A program made the translations under genes and the position numbers. This document shows, in pieces, positions 12,745 to 25,383 of a stretch of 64,000 nt of DNA; within the stretch, counting starts at the first letter, position 1; every line of letters begins with the position of its first letter. Source of the stretch: Mobula hypostoma (lineage: Eukaryota); contig NC_086109.1 in assembly GCF_963921235.1 (NCBI RefSeq), positions 26,786,001-26,850,000 on the forward strand, given 5' to 3'. The notes beneath the pieces are model-generated. The model was not told the DNA's origin. It did not search any database and was given only the letters and a program-made list of their open reading frames with translations.

Positions 12745-14420
12745 GAAGTGAAATGGCAAACAGTCTGCTGGAGCAACCCAATGGGTCGAACAGCATCTGT
12801 GGGGAGAAAGGAAATGTCAACATTCTGGGTCGAAACCCTGCATCAGGATTGTAAGAGAGGGAGATGCCCAGATTAAGAGTAGAAGGGGAATGATGAGACA
12901 GCAATCCAAAGCGATTGCTGGACTGAGGAGGGGTGAGCGATGATGGCCGGGTAATGTAAGGTAGGGGAGGGGTGGAATTGGGAGACAGTGTTCATTCATT
13001 CACGTGCCTTGCCGTTCGGCATGGGCAATCACGTCTCTCCATCCATCATGGACCCTGACCCTCCGAATTGTAGTTGTTGCCTCCCCTGTTTCTAACCATG
13101 ATGTTATTCCATCCATCATTTTCATTCTCTGTCTGCCTCTGCTCCTTTTCCTTCCAGCTTTCCAGTTGTAACTGAATGTTCTAATGTCTCTCTTCGCATG
13201 ATGTGTCCCAAGAATTTTGATTGCTGTTTTCTGATTTTTTTTTAAGTAATGTACGTTTTGTTTTCGTTCTCTGTAGAACTTCTTTGTTGGTTATCCTATC
13301 CATATATGATATGCATAGCATTCTTCTGAGGAATCACATCTCTACTGCATTGATTCTTTTCTACCTCCATTGCATTTGTGATGGCCCATGACTCGCAGCC
13401 ATACAGTGTAGGTGGACGGTAAATAAAGGCAGGCAAAGAGAAAGAGGAATAAAAGAAGTTGGAGGTGGGCACTGTGAAGATTAGAGACAGCTGCTGGAGG
13501 GAAAGGAAGAAACAGGAATGCAGTGCACTGGAATTTGATAAGTAGGGGAGAAGATCTTGGGAACCACAAGGGGAGAGGTGAATGGCAAATGCGGGGTGGA
13601 GGAGATGGGGTAGGAAAACCTGTGTTTGAACTATGTGTGCCATGGGCAGATGGAACCAGAAGAGGTCGGGAGGCAAGGATGGGTGATGGAGAATCTGTGA
13701 GAAGGGCGGAAATACAGTTGAAGAAAAGTAGACAACAATAAGAGGAATTTGGGGTAGAGAAGGGGAAAGAACCCACCAGTGGGAAACATTTGGAAAACAC
13801 AAATGTTCATGCCATTGTAGGCTACTCAGGGTGAATGTGAGGTGTGGGTTCTTCCAGTTTATATTGGTTCTCACTCTGGTAGTGGGGAAGACAGGGAATA
13901 GATGTGTCAGTGTGGGAATGGGAAGGAGAATTGAAATGGCATGAAATTGGGAGTTTGGGATTGCTAATGCAGACTAGGAGAAAGTGCTCTGCTAAACCGT
14001 CTGTGCTTAGGTTCACAGTTAAATTTGCTGTTCTCTCACAAGTGCATTACATCACAGGCTAATTTTAGGATACGTACAGGAGAGGACCCATTACTCAATT
14101 TCCTGTCTCCTTGGTAACTAACCTTTTAATATGAGGAGTTATATTCACTATTCACTGTCTCCCAGCTCGACAACCTCCTCTCCTCCCCTACCTAGTGCAG
14201 TCAGTCTGTCTTTTTTCACTCATCCTTAACCCACCAATGCACCAATGACCCCAGACACCTGTCTCAACCACTCCCTTGCTCCTCTTCATGCTGGTATCTT
14301 CCTTCGCCGCTATCAGTCCTGATACAGAGTTTCGACTTGAAATGTCGACAGTTCATTTCCTCTCACAAATGCTGCTCGATCTGTTGAGTTCCTCCGGCCG
14401 ATTGTTTTTCCAGGTTCCCA
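12745..14420. mobile_element. Old decayed Penelope-like 3' region and terminal repeats, interrupted by an RTE fragment
   Basis: Minus-strand GIY-YIG C-terminal remnant (HFNSPSHSHTD..LEEP, ORF 13822-14016). Degenerate terminal repeats at ~12760-12850 (-) and ~14310-14420 (+). Confidence 0.65.
12991..13412 (-). mobile_element. RTE/BovB-like LINE 3' end
   Basis: The minus strand reads PTLYGCESWAITNAM...FLRRMLCISYMDRITNKEVL...KFLGHIMRRE...GKLEGKRSRGRQR across frameshifts, and ends in a (TGAA)n microsatellite tail. Confidence 0.8.
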
Positions 14421-15179
14421 GCACCTTCATCCTCTTGCGTCTTTGTCTTGGGATGTGGGTGTAGGTGGCAAAAAATGCTGACAAATGTTGTGGGTGAAAC
14501 TTCCTGACTGGTGCAGTAATGTTGCAATGATCTTACTAAACACAGTGACCAGCTGGAGCACTTTAGAGTACTGTCGGAGTCTATCATTACTGGTGTTGTG
14601 CGTAGGCCAGAGTGTGTAAAAAGTGCCCATTGTCATCCTTACAGCATCTGTAAAATGGTGTTTATAGAACCATCCGCCAGTTTCATTCTCAGTTTTACAG
14701 ATACTATTTTTTATTTTTGCAAGTTTAGTTTCTCAGACTGAGAGTATTTTTTGGAACTGTGTACTCTGTGAATTTCCCTGTGAGCTCTGAAAGCAAGTCA
14801 CAGAAGTTACCATGCTTCCAGACCCATGTCAGCTCAAAGCTCAAAACTGGAGCCCCTGATGTTTCCGCTACTGGGCTTCAATGCAGGTTGCTTATTGGAC
14901 TAGCAGGCTGTTGATACAAAATCATGCCACCCCATTCTCCCTGGATTTTGAGAGGAATTGTTAAAATAAACTTCTGTGATCTTGACTCTTTCTGACTGGG
15001 TCTGTATTGGATCTACCTGGCAGAGAACTCAGGGCCCTTTCTTGCTTAGGCTCTCCAGTAAAATGACATTAGCTCCCGATGACAATTGCTGAAACTCCAT
15101 CTAAAATTTCCTCTTTGAGTGGGATTGTGACCTTGAAGCTTACCTTCAGCATATCCATTTTACTCTTCTTTAGTGTAAG

Positions 15180-16030
15180 GTTTGATTAGGGAGAACATCA
15201 TGGCAGTACAGGAGAGGTTATTCTACTGAGGCATAGATAGAACCTAGAAATAAGAAGGAAGGATCACTTTCATGGGATTGTACCATAAGTCACAGCGATC
15301 AGTGGGAATTGGAGAAGTAAATATGTAAGGAGACAGCTGTTGGAGCAATAGGACTGGAGTAGTAGGTGATTCAAACTTCTTTAAAAGTGATTGGGACTGC
15401 CATTGTGCTAGGGGATTAGATGGGGCAGAATCTGTTAAAGTGCGTGCGGGAAAATGTTCTCAAGCAATATTTAAATAACTTTTTTAGAGGGTCCATACTG
15501 AACCTCTTCGGAAGTGAGTTTAGGCAAGTGGCTGAGGTGTCAGTTGGGGAGTGCTTTGGGACTTGTGACCATAATTCCATTAGTTTTTGAATAGTATGAC
15601 AAAAGATAGGACTAGTTAACAAATTGAAGTCCTAAATTGGACAAGGCTAATTTTGATGGCTTTAGACAGGAACCTATAAAGACTGTTAGGGAGAGGATTT
15701 TAGCTGGATAAAGGAAGGCTAGCAATAAGCAGCTTTTATAAGTGAGATGCAGAGAATTCAGGGCCACTGTGTTCCTGCTAGTGACAAAGGCAAGGCTAGT
15801 TGGACTTGAGGGATAAGAATTTTACAGAGGCGATGGGCATATGAATTGGCTTAGGAAGTGGTTTATGTGTGTAAAATGATAATCTTTAAAATACATTTTG
15901 GACAGGCTAATGGATAGGAACGGTTTAGAGGGATCTGGGCCAAGTGCAGGCAAAAAGGATTAGCTGAAGAAGGCACCTAATTTGGCATGGATGAGTTTGG
16001 ACAAAGGATCTTTTTCTGGGTTTTAATTTC
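15180..16030 (+). mobile_element. Highly decayed CR1 fragments (endonuclease region and 3' end)
   Basis: Nucleotide resemblance to CR1 APE-domain segments (ggattagatggggcagaatctgttaaagtg; gtgaccataattccattagttt) and a CR1-like 3' UTR. Confidence 0.6.
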
Positions 16031-17799
16031 AGTAATTACAGTAAAATTCAAAAGGCGATGAGCTCAACTGCCTTTTTTTACATACTTTGAAAGGGAAAAT
16101 AAAACTACATCTATGCAAATTTCTGCAGTATTCGGTGACCCAGTGATCTCCGTCTGGGAGGCTAACGTCAGAAGATCTTTCAAGAGGCCCTGATGATGTA
16201 CTTGGTTGGGCTCTGAAACCTGTACCAACTAACTTGCAGGAGTGTTCGAGGACATCTTCAGTCTTTCACTGCTGCAGACAGAGGTTACCACCTGCTTCAA
16301 AAGGACGACAATCATACCAGCGCCCAGGAAGAGTAGGGTGAGCTGCCTCGCTGACTTTCACCCAGTAGACCTCACATCTACTGTAATGAAATGATTTGAG
16401 AGGCTGGCCATGGCTGGAATCAACACGTGCCTCAGCAAACCTGGAGCCGCTGCAATTTTCCTATCAACACAATAAACTTACGGCAGATGCAATCTCACTG
16501 GCTCTCCACTCAGCCTTGCATCACAGGAACGATAGTAATACTTACATCAGGCTGCTGTTTATTGGCTACAGCTCAGCATTCAACACAATCATATCCTGGC
16601 TCTAATTTTTAAAAACTCTAAAACCTGGACCTCTGGACCTCCCTCTACAACAGGATCCTTGACTTCCTCACTAGTCTGTGCAGATCACAAATATCATGTC
16701 TTCCTTGCTGACGATCAATACTGGTGCACCTCAAGGACGTGTGCTTAACCCATTAATCTACTTGCTGTACACACACGACAGTGTGGCTAGGCACAGCTCA
16801 AGCACCATCTATAGATTTGCCGATGACACAGCTATTGCAGAATTTCAGATGGTGACGAGGAGGCATACAGGAGTGAGACGTATCAGCTGGTTGAGTGCTG
16901 TTGCAGCAATAACCTTCCGTTCAACATCAGTAAGACCAAGGAATTGATTGTGGGCTTCAGGAAAGGGAGGTTGAGGGAACACACACCAGCACTCACCCAG
17001 GGATCAGAAATGGAAATTGTCAGCATTTTTAAGTACCTGAGTGTCAACATCTCTGAGGATCAGGTCCGGATTAAGCCAGTGCGGGGCCTGTAGCATATGT
17101 TATAAAGGGGCCCTAAATTTTAAAAATGCACATAAGTATTAAAACATAAATTATTTACTTGCATAGTAAAGTAATTCAATTTTTTCATTTGCTATACAGC
17201 CAGATAATACAACAAATATCTGACACTTCAGTAATAGTATTAATTACATGTAGGTATCAATTTCAAATGTCAAAACTAACAAAACTACAATTTAAGAGTT
17301 ACATTTTCTAGATTTAGCATGAGCAAATTTGTTGATGATACTGGAAATGTCTATTTCACGCAGAAGTTCATGTTCAATGCTCATTAGAGTGAGATTGTTC
17401 AATCTGTTTTGACCCATGGTGCTTCTTAGTTCATTTTTAAACCTTTTCAGTTTTGAAAATGAGCATTCTCCACTGCAGTTTGGTAACCGTGAGTGACAAA
17501 TAGATGTGCAAGGCAATTTCTACATTTGGAAAGCATGACTCCAAAGAATTGTCAGTTATCAAACGATACAACTGTAACTCTACAAGGTCTTGTCTGGCGC
17601 CAATATGAGAAGCAAGATCAGTTTACAACAGTTCAGTAAACTGCACAAATTCTTCATCAAGACTTTCTTCCAGATCTTCCGGATATGATTTAATAAGATT
17701 TGATGACCTCTTTATGATCTCTTCAAGTGTAAATGACTGTAACTGATGAAGGAATCCAAAAACACAATTCACTTTTAGAATAAGCTCTCTGCCTTTTGA

Positions 17800-19618
17800 T
17801 TTTAAGTTCCCTGGCCCCCACCTCTTTATTTTCACCATGGATGTCCAGTCCCTATATACATCCATCCCCCATCAGGAAGGTCTCAAAGCTCTCTGCTTCT
17901 TTTTGGATTCCAGACCGAATTAGTTCCCCTCTACCACCACTCTGCTCCGTCTAGTGGAATTAGTCCTTACTCTTAATAATTTCTCCTTTGGTTCCTCCCA
18001 CTTCCTCCAAACTAAACGTGTAGCTATGGGTACCTGTATGGGTCCTAGCTGTGCCTGCCTTTTTGTTGGCTTTGTGGAACAATCTATGTTCCAAACCTAT
18101 TCTGGTATCTGTCCCCCACTTTTCCTTCGCTACATTGACAACTGCATTGGCGCTGCTTCCTGCACGCATGCTGAGCTCATTGACTTCATTAACTTGCCTC
18201 CAACTTTCACCCTGCTCTCAAGTTTACCTGGTTCATTTCCGACACCTTCCTCCCCTTTCTAGATCTTTCTGTCTCTAACTCTGGAGACAGCTTATCTACT
18301 GATGTCTACTATAAGCCTACTGACTCTCACAGCTATCTGGACTATTCCTCTGCTCACCCTGGCTCTTGAAAAATGCCATCCCCTTCTCGCAATTCCTCCA
18401 TCTCTGCCGCATCTGCTCTCAGGATGAGGCTTTTCATTCCAGGACGAGGGAGATGTCCTTTTTTAAAGAAAGGGGCTTCCCTTCCTCCACCATTAACTCT
18501 GCTCTCAAACGCATCTCCCCCATTTCATGCACATCTACTCTCACTCCATCCTCCCGCCACCCCACTAGGAATAGGTTTCCCCTGCTCCTCACCTACCACC
18601 CCACCAGCCTCCGGGTCCAACATATTATTCTCGGTAACTTCCGCCACCTCCAACGGGATCCCACGACTAAGCACATCTTTCCCTCCCCCCTCCCTCTGCT
18701 TTCCACAGGGATCACTCCCTATGCGACTCCCTTGTCCATTCGTTCCCTCCCCACTGATCTCCCTCCTGGCACTTATCCTTGTAAGTGGAACAAGTGCTAC
18801 ACATGCCCTTACACTTCCTCCCTTGCCACCATACAGGGCGCCAGACAGTCCTTCCAGGTGAGGCGACACTTCACCTGTGAGTCGGCTGGGGTGATATACT
18901 GCGTCCGGTTTCCCGATGTGGCCTTCTATATATTGGCGAGACCCAACGCAGACTGGGAGATTGTTTTCCTGAGTACCTACGCTCTGTCCGCCAGAGAAAG
19001 CAGGATCTCCCAGTGGCCACACATTTTAATTCCACATCCCATTCCAACTCTGATATGTCTATCCACGGCCTCCTCTACTGTAAAGATGAAGCCACACTCA
19101 GGTTGGAGGAACAACACCTTATATTCCGTCTGGGTAGCCTCCAACCTGATGGCATGAACATTGACTTCTCTAACTTCCGCTAAGGCCCCACCTCCCCCTC
19201 GTACCCCATCTATTATTTATTTATATACACACATTCTTGCTCTCTCTCTCTCTCTCTCCTTTTTCTCCCTCTGTCCCTCTGACTATACCCCTTGCCCATC
19301 CTCTGGATTTCCCCCCCTCCCCCTTTTCCTTCTCCCTGGGCCTCCTGTCCCATGATCCTCTCATATCCCATTTGCCAGTCACCTGTCCAGCTCTTGGCTT
19401 CATCCCTCCCCCTCCTGTCTTCTCCTATCATTTTGGATCTCCCCCTCCCCCTCCCATTTTCAAATCTCTTACTAGCTCTTCCTTCAGTTAGTCCTGATGA
19501 AGGGTCTCGGCCTGAAACATCGACTGTACCTCTTCCTAGAGATGCTGCCTGGCCTGCTGCGTTCACCAGTAACTTTGATGTGTGTTGCTTGAATTTCCAG
19601 CATCTGCAGAATTCCTCG
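17800..19618 (+). mobile_element. Penelope-like element (RT + GIY-YIG), 5'-truncated, frameshifted
   Basis: Peptides TMDVQSLYTSIP, LTLNNFSF..AMGT.MGP..FLRYID, and GVIYCVR..YIG. Ends in the terminal repeat. Flanked by the near-duplication tctctgcctttt(t)ga (17786-17799 / 19619-19633). Confidence 0.92.
19490..19525 (+). ncRNA. Minimal type-I hammerhead ribozyme motif (stem III variant ACAU)
   Basis: AGTC CTGATGA AGG-GTCTCGG-CCT GAAA CA TC GACT. Confidence 0.55.
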
Positions 19619-22600
19619 TCTCTGCCTTTTTGACAGGGCAGAAAGCAAGCTGTCAATAATGGCAAGAAATGTTCGGCTTTTAAACTTCTGAGAAGGCGTT
19701 TGAGATTCAACAAGTGGATCAAGCGTGCTGGAACCACTGAAATCCTTATACGCACCATTTTGCTTGTGTTTTCTTCAAGTTTGCTGTTGATAATCTTCAC
19801 AGTTAGTTAGATCCTTGGCTTTTTGCTCAATGTCTGAAAAAGTAGACCACATAGCTTGAATATATCCGTACAAGGATTCATAGCGTGCACAATCTGTGTT
19901 CAAGTCTTGGCCAGAAGATTGCAAAGAAGCACTGATCATTTGAAAACGCTGTAGTACTTGATCCCACAGTATGACCATTATTCCTGTTTCCAACTTCACC
20001 ATGGTTGAAAGTAGTCCACGAGCCTGTTGTCGACACTCTGCCTTCTGATCATTGTTATTTGAAATGTCATCCAAGACTTGTTTTATTGCAGAAAAGCTGT
20101 GTAAAAGTGCTTTTGTTGCATCTGCACGAGCTGACCACCCGGTATCTGACATTCTTTTCATGATGGGCAAATGAGCACCACCATCAGATAACGCAGCAGA
20201 AAGGAGATCCCACCGAGAAGTAGAAGCAGAAAAAAATGTGTACAGGCTTCCTACAAATTGAAAGAAAACTAATGCTTCTTGACAACATTCAGCATCACAT
20301 TTTCCAACCAAATTTAGTGAATGTACAAAACATGGAATGTAATCCACAAACTCATTCAGCTCTTTAATTCGTGATTGTAAGCCACTATACTTGCCACTCA
20401 TGTTGCTGGCATTGTCATAACTTCGACCACAGCAGTCTTTTATATCAATGTCATTTTCCTTTAAAAAGGCAAGTAAGCTTTGAGTGAGCTGTTCAGCACT
20501 ATGACTTTCCATATCCAAAAACTTCACAAATCTTTCAACTGGTCCAGACGGCAAAACATAGCACACAGTCAAAGTCAGTGGCGTAACAGTGCACGCTGCA
20601 GTGGCTTGGGAGCATGGGAGATAGCACTAAGGTCACCACGACACAGCAAGGAGCCAACACACACCTGCACACACATACCATGCAGCATGCAGCTCCCCCA
20701 ACATGAAAACAACAGCGTTGCCAGATCGTCATGAGAATACGGTGAGATACCGATTTCACCAGACTGCAGCTTGCAAGCATTTAGTGCGAGGCCAGTAGCA
20801 GATGCTACTTTTGCTACTAGGTTAATCCGGCACATCCTGGGCTTAACATATTGATGCAATTTCAAAGAAGGCATGACAGCAGCTATATTTCATTAGATGT
20901 TTGAGGAGAATTGTTGTGTCACCAAAGACATTTGCAAATTTCTGCAGATGTGCTGTGGAGAGCATTCTGACTGGTTGCATCTCTGGCTGGTATGGAGGGT
21001 CCACTGCACAGGATCGGAAAAAGCTGCATAAAGTTGTAAGCTTAGCTAGTTCCAACATAGGCGTTGCCTCCGCAGCATTCAGGACACCTTCAAAAGGCGA
21101 TGCCTCAGAAAGGCAGCATCCATCGTTAATGACCCCCATCACACAGGACATGTCCCTTCTCATTGCTACCTTCAAGGAGGTGGTACAGGGGCCTGAAGAC
21201 ACACGCTCAATGTACAAGGAACAGTTTCTTCCCCTCAGATTTTCTGAATGGATAATGAAGACATGAACACTTTCTCAGTCTTTTTCCCTCTCTTTTTGCA
21301 CTACCTTTTTATTTTTTTAAATATACTTACTGTAATTTATAATTTTATTACTATGCACTGCTGCCATAAAACAGCAAATTTCATGACATATACCATTGAT
21401 ATTAAACCTAATTCTGATTCTGACTGAGTTTTAACTTTCATTTGCCACAGGAGTGTTAAATGAACATTAAAAGAACTTTCCCCTTTCACAGGATTTGAGT
21501 GTACATGGTCTGTGAACTTGAATGCTCTTGTATAGTGTTAAGGGATTGTGTTTCCTCTGGCCCTTGTGTTAGGATACACAGAAGGCTTTTCATTTTGCAG
21601 GGCTGTAACTAGACTTTAGGAAATGGTCAGATATTGTTCTTTCTGATGCTTTACTGGATATTTGCACTTCATGGAGTATCTGTGTGAAATTTTGAAAATA
21701 ACCAGATCGAGTATCCCAACTGTGTTAACATTTCTCATTCTTTGAATTTGAGTGAAATGTGCCCCGGAACTCTCAGCAGCAGGGATCAGAAATTTGAACT
21801 GTGATTTTGAAAGAGTCAAATTCACCCCAGTGGTGTTTTACAAGAGTAAAGCTGAAAGTTGATGTTGATGGCAGTTGAACATTCATGAAACTTAACAAGT
21901 GCACTTTTGTCCCATAGCTGTATTCCTCCTAATCACAATAGAACAGGAGTAGAGTTACTTTCCCAGATCAGGAGGCATTTAAACATACCCACTGGGACAG
22001 AGAAAAGGAGAAAAGTGTAGCTTTAGATCATTTTTATTACACCTGAAGCTGCTATCCAATTAAACCTCCTCATCTGCTAGAATGGTTACCATGGTTCAAA
22101 ATAAAACTGAGAATGCCCCTAAGTAATTGTTCTACCAGGATGGTGTGAATCAGAGGAGGGGGAGTGGAGTTACAGAAACTGTTATTATACAATTACAACA
22201 ACAGCAGTGTGAAATCCCCTATGTCAGTGATCTGAGTTTGAGCTGAGAGAGTACATCAGAGCAAGGATAAGAAAATGAACTGAGAAAAACTGAGGAAGTT
22301 TATTATAGGAGTATATTTGTGTCACTGTATACTACCTTGACGTTCAAGGAAAGAGAAGAACTAATAAGTGAGATTGTAAAACAAATATAGAAGATCATTA
22401 ACAGGTGGAAGGAAAGGAATAAGACAAAATAAACTTTATTATGAATCCTAAAATATAATCAGTATCTCCTTTGTAAAGGGATTTTAAAAAAACAAATGGT
22501 TCTAATCCTTTGAAATGAATCTGCAGACAACCTAAAATATTAGACAACTTTTGAGGAGGTGCCTTGTACTTATCTGAATTTATATTTGTTTTGTGACAAA

Positions 22601-23214
22601 ATCAGTCAAGGTGAATCTCATAACAGCTGCCAGCATAACCCAGAAATAGTGAAATCCTTTTTGCCAAATGAATGTCTTTTTTTAACTCGGGGACAAGCTA
22701 TTAAGTAAAATCACACTCAAGTTTAAAGTTCTTTGTGTCTTTCAACTGGCTGTGTTGTTTAAGTCAACTGTGAAGCATTTAATTAAAAGTAACATAGTTT
22801 TGTTCCAAGATCAGAATCAAAGATCTGCCACTGTTTTTCTTTTGCTGATGGAAGACATATCTTGGTGTCAAAAACAGCCCAAGACATGATATGCTATTTG
22901 CATAGCTTATAATTGCATGTCAGCAATGCGTATAATAGAAAAAGCATTGATAAGATGTACTGCATCCTGAAGCTCTGAGTTCAAGAGCTAAAACCTGAAA
23001 ATTGACAATCAATTAGTAAAGACTGCAAGGCAAAAGACAGAGGAGTGGAAATAGGTTGGTCACATTGTACTAATGCTTGGTATTAGAGAAACGCATGAGG
23101 TTCCTTAATTTCCAAGCACCGGCAGCTTATTCAGATATATACTCTGCATTTTGCCAGCTGGCATTCTGGAATGAATAAACTGGGTGGTTCTCTGGGCAAA
23201 TAGACATTTTGTGA

Positions 23215-23351
23215 ATCACAAACATGAGTAAATCTGCAGATGCTAGAAAACCAGTGCAATACGCACAAAATGTTGGAGGAACTCAGCAGGTCAGGCAGCA
23301 TCCATGGAAATGAATAAACAGTCGACATTTCGGGCTGAGATCCTTCTTAAG
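23215..23351 (-). mobile_element. Short Penelope terminal-repeat insertion with 12-bp TSD
   Basis: gacattttgtga at 23203-23214 and 23352-23363. Internal atctgcagatgct..ggaggaactcagcagg..cagtcgacatttcggg. Confidence 0.8.
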
Positions 23352-24178
23352 GACATTTTGTGATATTGAGCGGCATTGATACTTTTTCAGGAAAATTCCG
23401 AGTGAGGTAATATAAAAGTGTGTTCACAGAACAGAATTCTCTGTCGTTGCACTTCCCAGCCTGTTTTTTTTCCCCTGTTTATTAAAATAAACAGGCGGAT
23501 AATCATAGGCTAGAGAAAACTGAGCTGGAAAATCCCACCCCAAGGGTCCAGAGTTCTTTGAGGAATGTGTCTGTTTTGGTGCCAGTTGGAATGTTTTCAA
23601 AACTACACCAATATTTGTAACTCCTCCAGCAGTTCACTTAATGAACGTTGAAAGTGGAACTGACCCAGACTAGGAAATTCTCAGGTCCTCTCAGGATCTG
23701 TATAAACTGATTGCAATCAGGATTTTGTGAAGGCTACTGTAATTACCTTCTGTAGCCCTGTCCTACAAGAAAATCAAATCAGACATTGTTATTGCTTCTA
23801 ATTACTGCACAACGATTTGTCCTAACAAGTGAATTTGAGCTTGGTTGTGATGCTTCCATGTTTGCTGACATTCGCAGTTTAGATTTGCAGGAGGACTGAT
23901 TCTGGTGAGATGCAGGAGGACAAATTAATCCCTTGACATCTGTCTGCTTTTCATGAGGCTAAGAAATGTCAGAAAAAATCAACACCATTTATGTGCAAGT
24001 GCAGTACTTTTTGATATCATATTGCATGGCTGCCTTAAATAATAAAAATATTTTAATGATGTGTTTCCAGCTGTGGTCACATGGAGAGCCAGAAAGTTAG
24101 CAATTTTTTGATAATACAGCATGGAATTGGCCACACTCCTCCAATTTGTTGGGGATAAACTGCAATGAGTTCAAGAAC

Positions 24179-24392
24179 TACACACACAAAATGCTGGAGG
24201 AACTCTGCAAATCAGGCAGCATATATGGAGGAGAATACACCATTTACCTTTTGGGCCACGACTCTTTCTTAGACTAAAACAGCAGCAGTTTATTCCCCTC
24301 CGTAGGTGTTGTCAGACTTGCTGAGTTCCTCCAGCATTTATTTGTGTGTGTGTGCTGCTCATGATCTCCAGCATCTGCCAAATCTCGTGTTT
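24179..24392. mobile_element. Fold-back Penelope terminal-repeat insertion with imperfect 14-bp TSD
   Basis: Arms aaatgctggaggaactc / gagttcctccagcattt. Flanks atgagttcaagaac (24165-24178) and atgaattcaagagc (24393-24406). Confidence 0.7.
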
Positions 24393-24664
24393 ATGAATTC
24401 AAGAGCCCAGGAGAAAGTAAAATGCCAGCTGCATTCTGCAGTGTGCTAAATGGTATTGCAGTGTACTACAGCTACTCACTTGGAACAATCACTCAGCGTC
24501 AATGTGCTCCTATCACTCCAATCTTGAAGGTATGATGTCTGAGAATGTGCCAACCTTTCACCGTACAGACAAACCAAACTCACTATCATTGATCACAAGA
24601 CTATTTTCACCGTGGTCAGAGAGTGCTATTCGTTGTGCTTATCTTGTTTAGAAACCAGCATGAT

Positions 24665-25060
24665 AACAGACCCCTCAAGCCCCAGCTTTCCAATTACACC
24701 CATGTGCACCAATTAACTGACTAACCTATTACATTACAAACAGGAGAAAACCTGCAGATGCTGGAAATCTGAGCCCCACACACAAAATGCTGGAGGAACT
24801 CGGCAGACCAGGCAGCATCTATAGAAAAAAGTACAATCAACGTTTTGGGCCGAACCCCTTCGGTAGGACTGGAGGAAAAAAAGCTGAAGAGTTAATTTGT
24901 GGGCACCAACACAGCATGCCCACAACACCTAAACCCATATATCGTTAGAATGTGGGAGGACATAGGAACACTTGGAGTAAACCCACGCGTTTACAGCGAG
25001 AACGGACAAACTCCATAAGACAGTGGCGGAACTGCCGTTCAGATTGCCATGCTCCAGTAT
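24665..25060 (-). mobile_element. V-SINE-like element interrupted by a Penelope terminal repeat (~24736-24890)
   Basis: gaatgtgggagga..ggagtaaacccacgcg..gagaacggacaaactcc is the reverse complement of the V-domain seen in the adjacent SINE. Confidence 0.6.
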
Positions 25061-25067
25061 CATGCTG

Positions 25068-25383
25068 GGAGAGCATGGTAGCGCAATGGTTAGCATATCG
25101 CTTCACAGTGCCATCCAGTGATCGTCGATCCTACTGTGTGTAAGGGGTTTGTGCATTCCCCCTGTGACTGCATGGATCTTATCCAAGAGCTCTGGTTTCG
25201 GCCCATATGCCAAAGGCGTACAGTTCGGGTTTGTGAGTTGTGGGCACGCTCTGTTGGTGCCAGAAGCATGGCAACTTTTGCAGGCTGCCCAGCACAATTC
25301 TTGCTGATTTGATTTGACACAAGTGATGGAGTTCACTGTATGTTTATATGTACATGTGACAAATAAAGCTAGTCTTTAACTTT
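25068..25383 (+). mobile_element. tRNA-derived SINE (V-SINE-like)
   Basis: A-box-like head tggtagcgcaatggttagc, V-like core ggggtttgtgcattccccctgtgactgcatgg..ctggtttc, and tail catgtgacaaataaagct. Confidence 0.7.

Larger units (their letters stand above)
17061..20833 (-). mobile_element. hAT DNA transposon (ZMYM1/Tip100-like transposase), interrupted by Penelope
   Basis: ORF 19775-20572 has SYDNASNMSGKYSGLQ..YIPCFVHSLNLV..SDTGWSAR. The dimerisation domain CSGECSFSKLKRFKNELRSTMGQNRLNNL is at 17292-17516. Termini caggtccggattaa / ttaatccggcac. Confidence 0.88.
16070..21423 (+). mobile_element. Rex1/Babar LINE split by an hAT insertion (16070-17060 and 20834-21423)
   Basis: Peptides TINTGAPQGRVLNPLIYLLYTHD..RFADDT. 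The sequence atctctgaggat resumes as atcctggg..aacatattgatgc after the hAT. 3' tail aattctgattctga. Confidence 0.88.

Noticed and set aside
19213..19800. 195-aa minus-strand ORF and similar short ORFs (SVSPDEGSRPETST, KLLVNAAGQAAS)
   Set aside because: These are translations of the non-coding Penelope terminal repeat and recur wherever the repeat occurs. They are not genes.
25068..25140. tRNA-like sequence
   Set aside because: Only an A-box-like head with no full cloverleaf, and it continues into a SINE body.
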